Positions 1-10,401 of a DNA stretch of 64,000 nt are shown piece after piece. The notes below the pieces were generated by a model. The model worked only from the letters and a program-made list of their open reading frames with translations. It was not told where the DNA came from and ran no database searches. Numbering within the stretch: position 1 is the stretch's first letter; every line of letters begins with the position of its first letter. Position numbers and translations under genes: made by a program. This DNA comes from Ranitomeya imitator. Taxonomy: Eukaryota. The DNA lies in NCBI RefSeq assembly GCF_032444005.1, contig NC_091291.1, positions 27,776,001 to 27,840,000 on the forward strand, in the 5' to 3' direction.

Positions 1-1104
1 CAGTAATACCATGGTCAGTAAACCATTTACCAGTGGTTTTGGCACTGTGAGCAGGTGCCAGGTCGTGCTGAAAAATGAAATCTTCATCTCCATAAAGCAT
101 TTCAGCCGATGGAAGCATGAAGTGCTCCAAAATCTCCTGATAGCTAGCTGCATTGACCCTGCCCTTGATGAAACACAGTGGACCAACACCAGCAGCTGAC
201 ATGGCACCCCACACCATCACTGACTGTGGGTACTTGACACTGGACTTCAGGCATTTTGGCATTTCCTTCTCCCCAGTCTTCCTCCAGACTCTGGCACCTT
301 GATTTCCGAATGACATGCAAAATTTGCTTTCATCAGAAAAAAGTACTTGGGACCACTTAGCAACAGTCCAGTGCTGCTTCTCTGTAGCCCAGGTCAGGCG
401 CCTCTGCCGCTGTTTATGGTTCAAAAGTGGCTTTACCTGGGGAATGCGGCACCTGTAGCCCATTTCCTGCACACGCCTGTGCACGGTGGCTCTGGATGTT
501 TCCACACCAGACTCAGTCCACTGCTTCCTCAGGTTCCCCAAGGTCTGGAATCGGTCCTTCTCCACAATCTTCCTCAGGGTCCGGTCTCCTCTTCTCGTTG
601 TACAGCGTTTTCTGCCACATTGTTTCCTTCCAACAGACTTACCATTGAGGTGCCTTGATACAGCACTCTGGGAACAGCCTATTTGTTGAGAAATTTCTTT
701 CTGGGTCTTACCCTCTTGCTTGAGGGTGTCAATGATGGCCTTCTTGACATCTGTCAGGTCGCTAGTCTTACCCATGATGGGGGTTTTGAGTAATGAACCA
801 GGCAGGGAGTTTATAAAAGCCTCAGGTATCTTTTGCATGTGTTTAGAGTTAATTAGTTGATTCAGAAGATTAGGGTAATAGGTCGTTTAGAGAACCTTTT
901 CTTGATATGCTAATTTATTGAGACAGGTTTTTTGGGTTATCAGGAGTTGTATGCCAAAATCATCAGTATTAAAACAATAAAAGACCTGACAAATTTCAGT
1001 TGGTGGATAATGAATCTATAATATATGAAAGTTTAATTGTAATCATTACATTATGGTAAATAATGAAATTTAACACTATATGCTAATTTTTTGAGAAGGA
1101 CCTG
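1..1104 (-). mobile_element. Tc1-like DNA transposon, cut by the window edge
   Basis: Terminus reads CAGGTCCTTCTCAAAAAATTAGCATA on the minus strand, with TA at 1105-1106; a transposase ORF follows. Confidence 0.93.
2..775 (-). CDS. Tc1 transposase, open reading frame running off the window start (258 codons visible)
   Basis: Manual translation from ATG at 775: MGKTSDLTDVKKAIIDTLKQEGKTQKEISQQIGCSQSAVSRHL...VLFSDESKF...VMVWGAMSAAGVG...FIFQHDLAPAHSAK...WFTDHGIT. Probably missing from the ORF track because no stop lies in the window. Confidence 0.9.
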   Translation of the reverse strand, partial: MGKTSDLTDVKKAIIDTLKQEGKTQKEISQQIGCSQSAVSRHLNGKSVGRKQCGRKRCTTRRGDRTLRKIVEKDRFQTLGNLRKQWTESGVETSRATVHRRVQEMGYRCRIPQVKPLLNHKQRQRRLTWATEKQHWTVAKWSQVLFSDESKFCMSFGNQGARVWRKTGEKEMPKCLKSSVKYPQSVMVWGAMSAAGVGPLCFIKGRVNAASYQEILEHFMLPSAEMLYGDEDFIFQHDLAPAHSAKTTGKWFTDHGIT

Positions 1105-1896
1105 TATATTACCTGTGTTTTATAACTATTGGACTTATTACTCGATAACATATGTGACTGATTATAATTCCTATAGACAAATTATGATGACTCTTCCATT
1201 GGGGAAATACCTCCATGATTAGGTGACTCTACCAGAACGGAAAAACTCTTCCCTATTGACGTATGTTCCATTTGTTTCTTTTTCACCTAGATCATTTTGT
1301 ACTTAAATGGACCTAAACCTATGACCTTTAATATCCAAAAGGCTTTGTTCACACAAGTGTTTTTGCTTTACGCACAGTAGTCAACCAATATCAATCAATG
1401 AGCTAATTTTACGGTTTGTGTAGAATGCATTCTTCTCTTCCGTTTTTCTGATGAAACTCAACAATCAAATTCGAGAGGTGGTTTTCAAAATATGGATCCA
1501 GTACTGATACCGTCCATAAAAATTTAACTTTGAATCTAAAGATTACATAGAAAAATTAATAGTGCTTTTTGGTTTTTTTTTTGTGATTGGAGAGAACGGA
1601 TGACAAGAAGAGTGGATGGATAGAACACCACATGGAGGACAAAAAATATCTGTGGGTGAAATGGATGAAAAATTAGTTATTTTTCATACACTCGTCTGAA
1701 ATTTGCTCAAAGCCTCAATAATTTTTCACTTTTTCCAAATTTTTCACTTTTTTATTTTATCAGTGAGCTGGATTCATTTATCAGCCACTTTTTCTCCATG
1801 TGTCAGTTTTTTTTTATCATCTATGTGTCACCAGTGTTTTGCATATGCAAAAATAAATAAAAATGATGGAAGTTTCCCAAGTTTCTCCTTTCATTC

Positions 1897-1985
1897 AAGG
1901 GGTAACGTTTCTACTTATGGAGAGTGTCATGCCTGGCATGTCAGAGTAACAAGGCTTATAAGCCATGCAACGCTCCTCGGGAAAC
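1897..1985. repeat. Relic related to the left end of the hammerhead-bearing element at 63.4 kb
   Basis: 1897-1923 AAGGGGTAACGTTTCTACTTATGGAGA matches 63430-63456 at 24 of 27 positions; no hammerhead core seen here. Confidence 0.6.
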
Positions 1986-2584
1986 GCGCATTCAGACATC
2001 TGTGATTCACATATGTACTATGTCCATTTTTTCCATTATGCTTGGTTGTTTTCAAGGCTGGGTTTCTATTGCATACACAGTGTCCGCGGAAAAATCTCGA
2101 AGAGGTCCATTTTTGATCGGAGTCACAAAATTGTGCATTCAAGTCAATGGCTCCATCAAAATCATAGAAAGCAGAACACAGATGCCATCTTTTTGCAATT
2201 CGCGCACCGTCCGTTTTCAACATCGTAATTGGTAGAAGTTTTATAATTGTGTGCGGCCAATGAAAAATACGGACCAAACACGTACAAGAATAAACTGACT
2301 TCTGAATGAGTCCTTAGGGTATCGATTCTTGGATTAACGTACCACCAAGTGTGCATGTTTTCATCCTCTCTGGTCTGTATTTTTTTATTGAGTCTTTTTT
2401 TAATCATTTTTCAATGACACCGTAAATGTAAAATTTGCGTTTGTCCACAAGAGGGAGAGAAAGACTAAAGCATCGCTCAATGAAATCCTCAAAGCTGGGA
2501 ATGAAGTTGTATCTGCTCAGTCTTTTTGCACCATCTTCTTCAACATTTCTAGAAATGTCGTTAGGAGAACTTCTTGATTCCATG

Positions 2585-2631
2585 TTGACCTTGACCCTAT
2601 GCTAAATTCAGGAGCTGTAACACCTATTTAA
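2585..2631 (+). promoter_or_regulatory. Candidate nuclear-receptor direct repeat plus TATA-like box (possible APOC4 promoter)
   Basis: TTGACCTTGACCCT followed ~27 bp later by TATTTAA (2625-2631), mirroring TGGACTTGGACCCT...ATATAAC upstream of APOC2. Could instead belong to the CR1 5' UTR. Confidence 0.35.
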
Positions 2632-2712
2632 CACATTATTGCAAGAGAGCTTGGCTGAGTAGATTACACAAGAAGGAAAACACACAGCAAGTCAGCAGGA
2701 TCTAGGAGCAAC

Positions 2713-3666
2713 ATGGCAGAAGTGACAACCTACATGGTGAGCTGCAGCATGTGCTACATGTTCACAGATCGACCAGAAGAAGAATTAAATTTCACCTGTC
2801 AGAAGTGTAGACTAGTGGCCCTTTTAGAAGAAAAGGTGCGGGGTCTGGAAGAAAGAATAGCAACCTTGAAACTCATCAAAGAGAATGAAGACTTTCTAGA
2901 CAGAACAGAAGCATCTCTACTGGTCACAGAAGGTGAAAAAAGTGTCAGAGAACCTCCAAAAGCAGATGAGTGGAAGCATGTGACCAAAAGAAGCAAGAAG
3001 ACCATGGAGAAATCACCAACCACACAACTGAAGAACCGATATCAAATCTTTGTAGAGGATGAAGATGGCACACCTAAGGATGAAGCAATACCAGCAAGCA
3101 AAAAAGAAAAGGGCACACAGCAACAAGTGACAGCAAAAAGTACAGCCAAGAAGCAACGAAGAGTGGTGGTGGTGGGAGACTCACTACTGAGAGGCACAGA
3201 AGCAGCCATCTGCAGACCGGACATAACTGCAAGAGAAGTATGCTGCCTTCCAGGTGCGATGATCAAGGATGTGACCGATAGGATACCAAAGCTCTTCAAC
3301 TCCAAGGACGTCCACCCATTTCTTCTGATACATGTTGGCACCAATGACACAGCAAGGAAGGACCTACCGACAATCTGCAAAGACTTTGAAGAGTTGGGGA
3401 AGAAAGTAAAGGAAGTGGATGCACAGGTAGTTTTTTCTTCTATCCTTCCAGTAGACGGGCATGGCACCAGGAGATGGAACAGGATCCTTGATGCAAACAA
3501 CTGGCTAAGACGATGGTGCAGACAACAAGGATTCGGATTCCTGGACCACGGTGTGAATTACTTGTACGATGGACTCCTCGCCAGAGACGGACTACACCTC
3601 AACAAACCTGGGAAACACACATTCGCCAGAAGACTCGCTACACTCATCAGGAGGGCGTTAAACTAG
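2713..3666 (+). CDS. CR1 ORF1p (zinc finger, coiled coil, SGNH/GDSL esterase domain)
   Basis: CSMC...CQKC, heptad region, VVVGDSLLRG, HVGTND and DGLHLN motifs. Confidence 0.93.
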   Translation: MAEVTTYMVSCSMCYMFTDRPEEELNFTCQKCRLVALLEEKVRGLEERIATLKLIKENEDFLDRTEASLLVTEGEKSVREPPKADEWKHVTKRSKKTMEKSPTTQLKNRYQIFVEDEDGTPKDEAIPASKKEKGTQQQVTAKSTAKKQRRVVVVGDSLLRGTEAAICRPDITAREVCCLPGAMIKDVTDRIPKLFNSKDVHPFLLIHVGTNDTARKDLPTICKDFEELGKKVKEVDAQVVFSSILPVDGHGTRRWNRILDANNWLRRWCRQQGFGFLDHGVNYLYDGLLARDGLHLNKPGKHTFARRLATLIRRALN

Positions 3667-6581
3667 AAGAAGAGGGGACGGGAAGAAAAACATTAGACTT
3701 GAACAAAGAAGATCCAGGAAAACATACTCAGAAGGGAGGTAAGAACATTTCTAAAACAATCCACAGCGAGGAGATTGGAACAAAACAAAATCCTCTAAAC
3801 TGCATGCTTGCAAACGCCAGAAGCCTGACAAACAAGATGGAAGAACTAGAAGCAGAAATATCTACAGGTAACTTTGACATAGTGGGAATAACCGAGACAT
3901 GGTTAGATGAAAGCTATGACTGGGCAGTTAACTTACAGGGTTACAGTCTGTTTAGAAAGGATCGTAAAAATCGGAGAGGAGGAGGGGTTTGTCTCTATGT
4001 AAGGTCTTGTCTAAAGTCCACTTTAAGGGAGGATATTAGCGAAGGAAATGAGGATGTCGAGTCCATATGGGTCGAAATTCATGGAGGGGAAAATGGTAAC
4101 AAAATTCTCATTGGGGTCTGTTACAAACCCCCAAATATAACAGAAACCATGGAAAGTCTACTTCTAAAGCAGATAGATGAAGCTGCAACCCATAATGAGG
4201 TCCTGGTTATGGGGGACTTTAACTACCCGGATATTAACTGGGAAACAGAAACCTGTGAAACCCATAAAGGCAACAGGTTTCTGCTAATAACCAAGAAAAA
4301 TTATCTTTCACAATTGGTGCAGAATCCAACCAGAGGAGCAGCACTTTTAGACCTAATACTATCTAATAGACCTGACAGAATAACAAATCTGCAGGTGGTC
4401 GGGCATCTAGGAAATAGCGACCACAATATTGTACAGTTTCACCTGTCTTTCACTAGGGGGACTTGTCAGGGAGTCACAAAAACACTGAACTTTAGGAAGG
4501 CAAAGTTTGACCAGCTTAGAGATGCCCTTAATCTGGTAGACTGGGACAATATCCTCATAAATAAAAATACAGATAATAAATGGAAAATGTTTAAGAACAT
4601 CCTAAATAGGCAGTGTAAGCGGTTTATACCTTGTGGGAATAAAAGGACTAGAAATAGGAAAAACCCAATGTGGCTAAACAAAGAAGTAAGACAGGCAATT
4701 AACAGTAAAAAGAAAGCATTTGCACTACTAAAGCAGGATGGCACCATTGAAGCTCTAAAAAACTATAGGGAGAAAAATACTTTATCTAAAAAACTAATTA
4801 AAGCTGCCAAAAAGGAAACAGAGAAGCACATTGCTAAGGAGAGTAAAACTAATCCCAAACTGTTCTTCAACTATATCAATAGTAAAAGAATAAAAACTGA
4901 AAATGTAGGTCCCTTAAAAAATAGTGAGGAAAGAATGGTTGTAGATGACGAGGAAAAAGCTAACATATTAAACACCTTCTTCTCCACGGTATTCACGGTG
5001 GAAAATGAAATGCTAGGTGAAATCCCAAGAAACAATGAAAACCCTATATTAAGGGTCACCAATCTAACCCAAGAAGAGGTGCGAAACCGGCTAAATAAGA
5101 TTAAAATAGATAAATCTCCGGGTCCGGATGGCATACACCCACGAGTACTAAGAGAACTAAGTAATGTAATAGATAAACCATTATTTCTTATTTTTAGGGA
5201 CTCTATAGCGACAGGGTCTGTTCCGCAGGATTGGCGCATAGCAAATGTGGTGCCAATATTCAAAAAGGGCTCTAAAAGTGAACCTGGAAATTATAGGCCA
5301 GTAAGTCTAACCTCTATTGTTGGTAAAATATTTGAAGGGTTTCTGAGGGATGTTATTCTGGATTATCTCAATGAGAATAACTGTTTAACTCCATATCAGC
5401 ATGGGTTTATGAGAAATCGCTCCTGTCAAACCAATCTAATCAGCTTTTATGAAGAGGTAAGCTATAGACTGGACCACGGTGAGTCATTGGACGTGGTATA
5501 TCTCGATTTTTCCAAAGCGTTTGATACCGTGCCGCACAAGAGGTTGGTAGACAAAATGAGAATGCTTGGTCTGGGGGAAAATGTGTGTAAATGGGTTAGT
5601 AACTGGCTTAGTGATAGAAAGCAGAGGGTGGTTATAAATGGTATTGTCTCTAACTGGGTCGCTGTGACCAGTGGGGTACCGCAGGGGTCAGTATTGGGAC
5701 CTGTTCTCTTCAACATATTCATTAATGATCTGGTAGAAGGTTTACACAGTAAAATATCGATATTTGCAGATGATACAAAACTATGTAAAGCAGTTAATAC
5801 AAGAGAAGATAGTATTCTGCTACAGATGGATCTGGATAAGTTGGAAACTTGGGCTGAAAGGTGGCAGATGAGGTTTAACAATGATAAATGTAAGGTTATA
5901 CACATGGGAAGAGGGAATCAATATCACCATTACACACTGAATGGGAAACCACTGGGTAAATCTGACAGGGAGAAGGACTTGGGGATCCTAGTTAATGATA
6001 AACTTACCTGGAGCAGCCAGTGCCAGGCAGCAGCTGCCAAGGCAAACAGGATCATGGGGTGCATTAAAAGAGGTCTGGATACACATGATGAGAGCATTAT
6101 ACTGCCTCTGTACAAATCCCTAGTTAGACCGCACATGGAGTACTGTGTCCAGTTTTGGGCACCGGTGCTCAGGAAGGATATAATGGAACTAGAGAGAGTA
6201 CAAAGGAGGGCAACAAAATTAATAAAGGGGATGGGAGAACTACAATACCCAGATAGATTAGCGAAATTAGGATTATTTAGTCTAGAAAAAAGACGACTGA
6301 GGGGCGATCTAATAACCATGTATAAGTATATAAGGGGACAATACAAATATCTCGCTGAGGATCTGTTTATACCAAGGAAGGTGACGGGCACAAGGGGGCA
6401 TTCTTTGCGTCTGGAGGAGAGAAGGTTTTTCCACCAACATAGAAGAGGATTCTTTACTGTTAGGGCAGTGAGAATCTGGAATTTCTTGCCTGAGGAGGTG
6501 GTGATGGCGAACTCAGTCGAGGGGTTCAAGAGAGGCCTGGATGTCTTCCTGGAGCAGAACAATATTGTATCATACAATTAG
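3513..6581 (+). CDS. CR1 ORF2p (APE endonuclease plus reverse transcriptase); true start probably downstream of 3513
   Basis: NARSL, GITETW, GDFNYP, SDH, YRPVSLTS, YLDFSKAFD, GVPQGSVLGP and FADD motifs in an uninterrupted 1022-codon frame. Confidence 0.96.
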   Translation: MVQTTRIRIPGPRCELLVRWTPRQRRTTPQQTWETHIRQKTRYTHQEGVKLEEEGTGRKTLDLNKEDPGKHTQKGGKNISKTIHSEEIGTKQNPLNCMLANARSLTNKMEELEAEISTGNFDIVGITETWLDESYDWAVNLQGYSLFRKDRKNRRGGGVCLYVRSCLKSTLREDISEGNEDVESIWVEIHGGENGNKILIGVCYKPPNITETMESLLLKQIDEAATHNEVLVMGDFNYPDINWETETCETHKGNRFLLITKKNYLSQLVQNPTRGAALLDLILSNRPDRITNLQVVGHLGNSDHNIVQFHLSFTRGTCQGVTKTLNFRKAKFDQLRDALNLVDWDNILINKNTDNKWKMFKNILNRQCKRFIPCGNKRTRNRKNPMWLNKEVRQAINSKKKAFALLKQDGTIEALKNYREKNTLSKKLIKAAKKETEKHIAKESKTNPKLFFNYINSKRIKTENVGPLKNSEERMVVDDEEKANILNTFFSTVFTVENEMLGEIPRNNENPILRVTNLTQEEVRNRLNKIKIDKSPGPDGIHPRVLRELSNVIDKPLFLIFRDSIATGSVPQDWRIANVVPIFKKGSKSEPGNYRPVSLTSIVGKIFEGFLRDVILDYLNENNCLTPYQHGFMRNRSCQTNLISFYEEVSYRLDHGESLDVVYLDFSKAFDTVPHKRLVDKMRMLGLGENVCKWVSNWLSDRKQRVVINGIVSNWVAVTSGVPQGSVLGPVLFNIFINDLVEGLHSKISIFADDTKLCKAVNTREDSILLQMDLDKLETWAERWQMRFNNDKCKVIHMGRGNQYHHYTLNGKPLGKSDREKDLGILVNDKLTWSSQCQAAAAKANRIMGCIKRGLDTHDESIILPLYKSLVRPHMEYCVQFWAPVLRKDIMELERVQRRATKLIKGMGELQYPDRLAKLGLFSLEKRRLRGDLITMYKYIRGQYKYLAEDLFIPRKVTGTRGHSLRLEERRFFHQHRRGFFTVRAVRIWNFLPEEVVMANSVEGFKRGLDVFLEQNNIVSYN

Positions 6582-6726
6582 GTTCTGTAGAAGGATGTAG
6601 ATCTGGGGATTTATTATGATGGAATATAGGCTGAACTGGATGGACAAATGTCTTTTTTCGGCCTTACTAACTATGTTACTATGTTACTATGTTACTATGT
6701 TACCTATGTAAAACTATGAGCTAGAA

Positions 6727-6912
6727 CAGTGTTCCCCAAGTTCGGTCCTCAAGAGCCACCAACAGGTCATGTTTTCAGGATTTCCTTAGTATTGCCCAGG
6801 TGAGAATTCCATCATCTAGACAGGCAACAATTCCATCACCTGAGCCATTCTAAGGAAATCCTGAAAACACGACCTGTTGGTGGCTCTTGAGGCCTGGAGT
6901 TGGGGAACACTG
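6727..6912. mobile_element. hAT-type MITE
   Basis: TIRs CAGTGTTCCCCA / TGGGGAACACTG and an exact 8-bp target duplication AGCTAGAA (6719-6726 and 6913-6920). Confidence 0.92.
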
Positions 6913-7317
6913 AGCTAGAAGAACAAGATAAGTGACTACCATGGGTCATAGCGAAGAGAGAAGTCAATCTGGCATCTGTCTGAAGTCCCCCATACCAGGA
7001 GAATGACAGCTAACCATTCTTGACCATCTGTATTTTCTTGAACTGTTTTGGATTAACTTTAGAAACTTTTTTTGGAGGATTAGCAAAGTGTCTAAATCTT
7101 CAACCAATTGCTTGGTGTACGGGACCAAACTAAATCATCTTTACTAGAAATATGTCATGGTTTAGTCTACATTTTTTGGACTTTCCTGATCTTATTACAA
7201 ATGCGGAATATCTTTGATATCAACTTTTTTCTTTCCTAGTTTTGGTAAAAACAAAAACTTTTCTTGGCCTTTTCTTTCTCTTGACCGAATTTCTACTTTT
7301 GTCTACTAGGTGAAACA

Positions 7318-7363
7318 ATGAAGACAGTCCAGGTGTGGAGTGTGGCACTCGTGTGCTTTTTGG
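7318..7363 (+). CDS. APOC4: Apolipoprotein C-IV, coding exon 1 (signal peptide)
   Basis: Acceptor TAG| at 7309; ATG 7318 gives MKTVQVWSVALVCFL; phase-1 donor G|GTGAGT. Join is 7318-7363, 8131-8281, 9813-9984. Confidence 0.82.
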
Positions 7364-8130
7364 GTGAGTAAAATGGCAATATTTAAGATATTTCCGTATG
7401 ATATTTAACAAAAAAAATTGCTTAGTACGGATCAATTGTTTGAATAACATAGAAAATACCATTAAACATAATTTTATTAGATACAAGCGAGTATATATCT
7501 AATAAAATTATGTTTTAAGGGGATTTTCTATGTTATACACACATTTCCGTATGGAAGTATCTGGAATGCCAACTGTTATAGAAAGGGAGGGGACAATGTC
7601 TTCACAGCCCCCAAAATTGAATTAATTCTGCTATTTTCTTTTATGAAAGAACCGTCTAAATTTATTTATTCATGAAGGGTATAAAATATATGAACATTCT
7701 GGGAAAGCCTTGGAGATTTTTGGAAATCATAACCCTGTTTATTTACTTTGTTCTCACCGGCTACCATCCCCGAAACTTCTAAGTTGTAGTAAAGATCACT
7801 GTCTAAATCAGACATCAATGGAACCTAACACCTATAAACAACAAGAAGTTGGTGTAAAATCTTCATGTGTAACCTGTGAACATCAGTAGGACTAATGATT
7901 AATTTACAATTTGCCTACAGTATGTGTATATGTCTTTATATAATTTTTTTCAATGGACATATTAGAATCAGAGCCTTTTGCAAACAAGGATGGGACCTAT
8001 TGGATTTTACATGCCCAATCCTGTAATCTTGGAGATGACTGATAGCCCATAGTTTCCATTAAAATAACCCCTTATGACTGGTTATTACTGAGAATCCTCT
8101 ACTTATTCCCCCCTATTTTCTCTTTTTCAG

Positions 8131-8281
8131 TCTCCCGAGTTTCCGGAACCCCAACAGAAATGCAATCCGATGACTGGAGCGCATCCACCATTCTGGAAAG
8201 TACAATCAATCAATACATAAAGCCATATACCGGAGAATTAGTGGAAAAGGTCAAAAGCTCTACAGCCTGGAACATATTTGG
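8131..8281 (+). CDS. APOC4: Apolipoprotein C-IV, coding exon 2
   Basis: Polypyrimidine tract plus CAG acceptor; (V)SRVSGTPTEMQSDDWSASTILESTINQYIKPYTGELVEKVKSSTAWNIF(G); phase-2 donor GTAAGC, matching the exchangeable-apolipoprotein intron phases. Confidence 0.85.
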
Positions 8282-9353
8282 GTAAGCAGTCTAACATACG
8301 ATTTGCTTATCACTACCCCCAACATTGTCATTTTATTCCGGCTCCGAAAGAACCAACTTGGCAAGAAAGCTCTACTAGTCGAAGAGACATTTTAAAGGAT
8401 ATAAGATCAAAACAATTTAATCGTCACCAGATATTTTATGCATTTAAAGATATTTTTCTGGTTTTAATGCTTTTTCCATAGAAAATCCTTCCAGTCGCAA
8501 CAATATTTGAAATAATTATGTTGTTAAGATAGGTTTAAAAAAGACTTTTGTAAATCTAGCGCAAACTATTTTCCCACAATATTAATCGAGACAAAGTTAA
8601 AACTAGTGTAATTTGACATTTGAATAGTTTATTTGCTTTTACAGTAAAGAATCCTTTCTATGATCAGTGTAAAAGCTTATTTTCATTAGATCAGTGTTTG
8701 TCTTTGTCTTTGTACCAGTCATCAGGGTATGGTGGGATGAAGCTTTGCCAAATCTGGAAAAACACAGACTGGAAACCTCTGCTTTATCGTTGTGGATTTT
8801 CTATTGATCCAAATGGGAAATTTTTGGATCATTTATTTAAATTCTATATTTTAGCTAGAGATGAGCAAATTGATCTGTAACAAATTGAATTTCTAACAAA
8901 TTATCCCAACTTTGGGATCTCTGTGAGTAACAGTTCAACAAAACGTCAGCCAACCAGCTGTCATTTTACTAGATTTTTTTAGGGTATGGAATGGGGTAAA
9001 AATCAAAAAAGATAATATCTTAACCTGTCCTAGACCAACATCTGACTTCTTACCCCATCTCCAGTGCTGCCGATCCTGTGTCCTTAGCGGGTTCTTGGAT
9101 TCTTCTAGAGCTGAAGCCAATTTCAATGACTTGTGTTGCCCCTCATGGGACCACATGAGGCCATTCACTGTCCTCAGTCCTGGAAAAAACAGAGACCCAT
9201 GTGGAGGAATGGGGAGCTGCGGCAGAGGCACTGTAAGGAGTCAGGTAAGTCAGACTTACTGTGAATATGATGGCAGAATATGTAAAAAAAAAAACCTCAA
9301 AAAATGAAAACGATAGATGCCTCATCAGTCATCAGATGCAAGCTGTTGAACTT

Positions 9354-9700
9354 CCGTCACCAATAACCTTGGTGTTATGACGCAATAGCAATAGACTCCA
9401 TGCCACCTGTAAAAGCTCTCAATTTACAAGTAATGACCCAAAAAAGAGAATTACTTTTATTTATAATGTTTTTCACATAATTTGGCCATTAGGTGTCATC
9501 ACACGTGAAAAATGAGTATATTGGACTCCCGTGACCAATAACCTTGGTGTTATGACGCAATAGCATTAGACTCCTTGCCACCTGTAAAAGCTCTCACTTT
9601 ACAAGTAATTACCCAAAATAGAGAATCACTTTTATTTATACTGTTTTTCACATATTTTGGCCATTAGGTGTCATCACACATGAAAAATTAGTATATTGTA
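9354..9700 (+). repeat. 175-bp tandem duplication in the last APOC4 intron
   Basis: CAATAACCTTGGTGTTATGACGCAATAGC starts at 9361 and again at 9536; the two copies are slightly diverged. Confidence 0.9.
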
Positions 9701-9812
9701 GTGCATTCTCCAATGATTCCCAACCCTCTTATAAATTTTGATGCATTGACTTTTCTTGTTTTGTTTTTATTTCCCCGGATGACACTAATTATTAGATTTT
9801 TAGCATTTTTAG

Positions 9813-9984
9813 GAAAGCTATAAACCGGGTACAGGGAGCGATCAATTTGACTGGCGGATACCTACAAGCGTACTATCAAGATCACCTAAGTGGACCAACC
9901 CAAAAAACCTTGGAGTGGGTTGAGAATAAGACCAAGCCTATTGTAGATGGAATCCGAGAACGTTTTCAGGGGAAAGAACAATAG
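9813..9984 (+). CDS. APOC4: Apolipoprotein C-IV, last coding exon
   Basis: KAINRVQGAINLTGGYLQAYYQDHLSGPTQKTLEWVENKTKPIVDGIRERFQGKEQ*; GYLQAYYQDHL resembles mammalian APOC4 GFMQTYYDDHL; the gene lies directly upstream of APOC2. Confidence 0.87.
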
Positions 9985-10371
9985 ACTGATGTTATAATGG
10001 GCCAAGCTGTCGATACAAGTCTACAGCCCCGAATATTTGCTACAAGATCCAAATGGAAGCTGGCAAAGTCATAAATCATGGGCTAAATGTACAATAGACA
10101 TAACCTGTATAAAAGAAGGAAAAATCTACAGTGTAGAAATGATCATTCGCGTGAACTGGCCTCACTAAATAGTGATAAACCTAAACAAAAAAACTACAAT
10201 CATGACTTAATAAGAATGCAAAAAAGAAAAGGATTAAATACTTGTGAAAGTAGAAAATACTTTATTAGCAGCAAATTGAGTTATAAACAACATGAATCGC
10301 AAGGACAGAAAGTTAAAAGTATCCAAACAAATGTTGTATAGAAACAGTAGCGGTGTTGACGTCACGGTCTT

Positions 10372-10401
10372 CCCACACGTTTCGCAAAGCTTCTTCAGTG
10401 G
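10372..10401 (-). other. Degenerate Penelope-type minimal hammerhead-like motif
   Basis: Minus strand CACTGAAGAAGCTTTGCGAAACGTGTGGG; the CUGANGA and CGAAAC cores are present but there is no valid NUH site. Confidence 0.45.

Larger units (their letters stand above)
2713..6702 (+). mobile_element. CR1-clade LINE with both ORFs intact
   Basis: ORF1 plus ORF2, and a 3' tail of four (CTATGTTA) units at 6671-6702; the 5' UTR boundary upstream of 2713 is not defined. Confidence 0.96.

Noticed and set aside
1100-2580. Search for APOC1 or APOE exons upstream of APOC4
   Set aside because: No exon with apolipoprotein-like translation found; they may lie outside the window
2406-2583. Minus-strand 59-codon ORF MESRSSPNDISRNVEEDGAKRLSRYNF...
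   Set aside because: No recognisable homology, weak acceptor and no partner exon found; treated as chance
4466-6577. Antisense ORFs over CR1 ORF2
   Set aside because: Shadow frames of the long sense ORF
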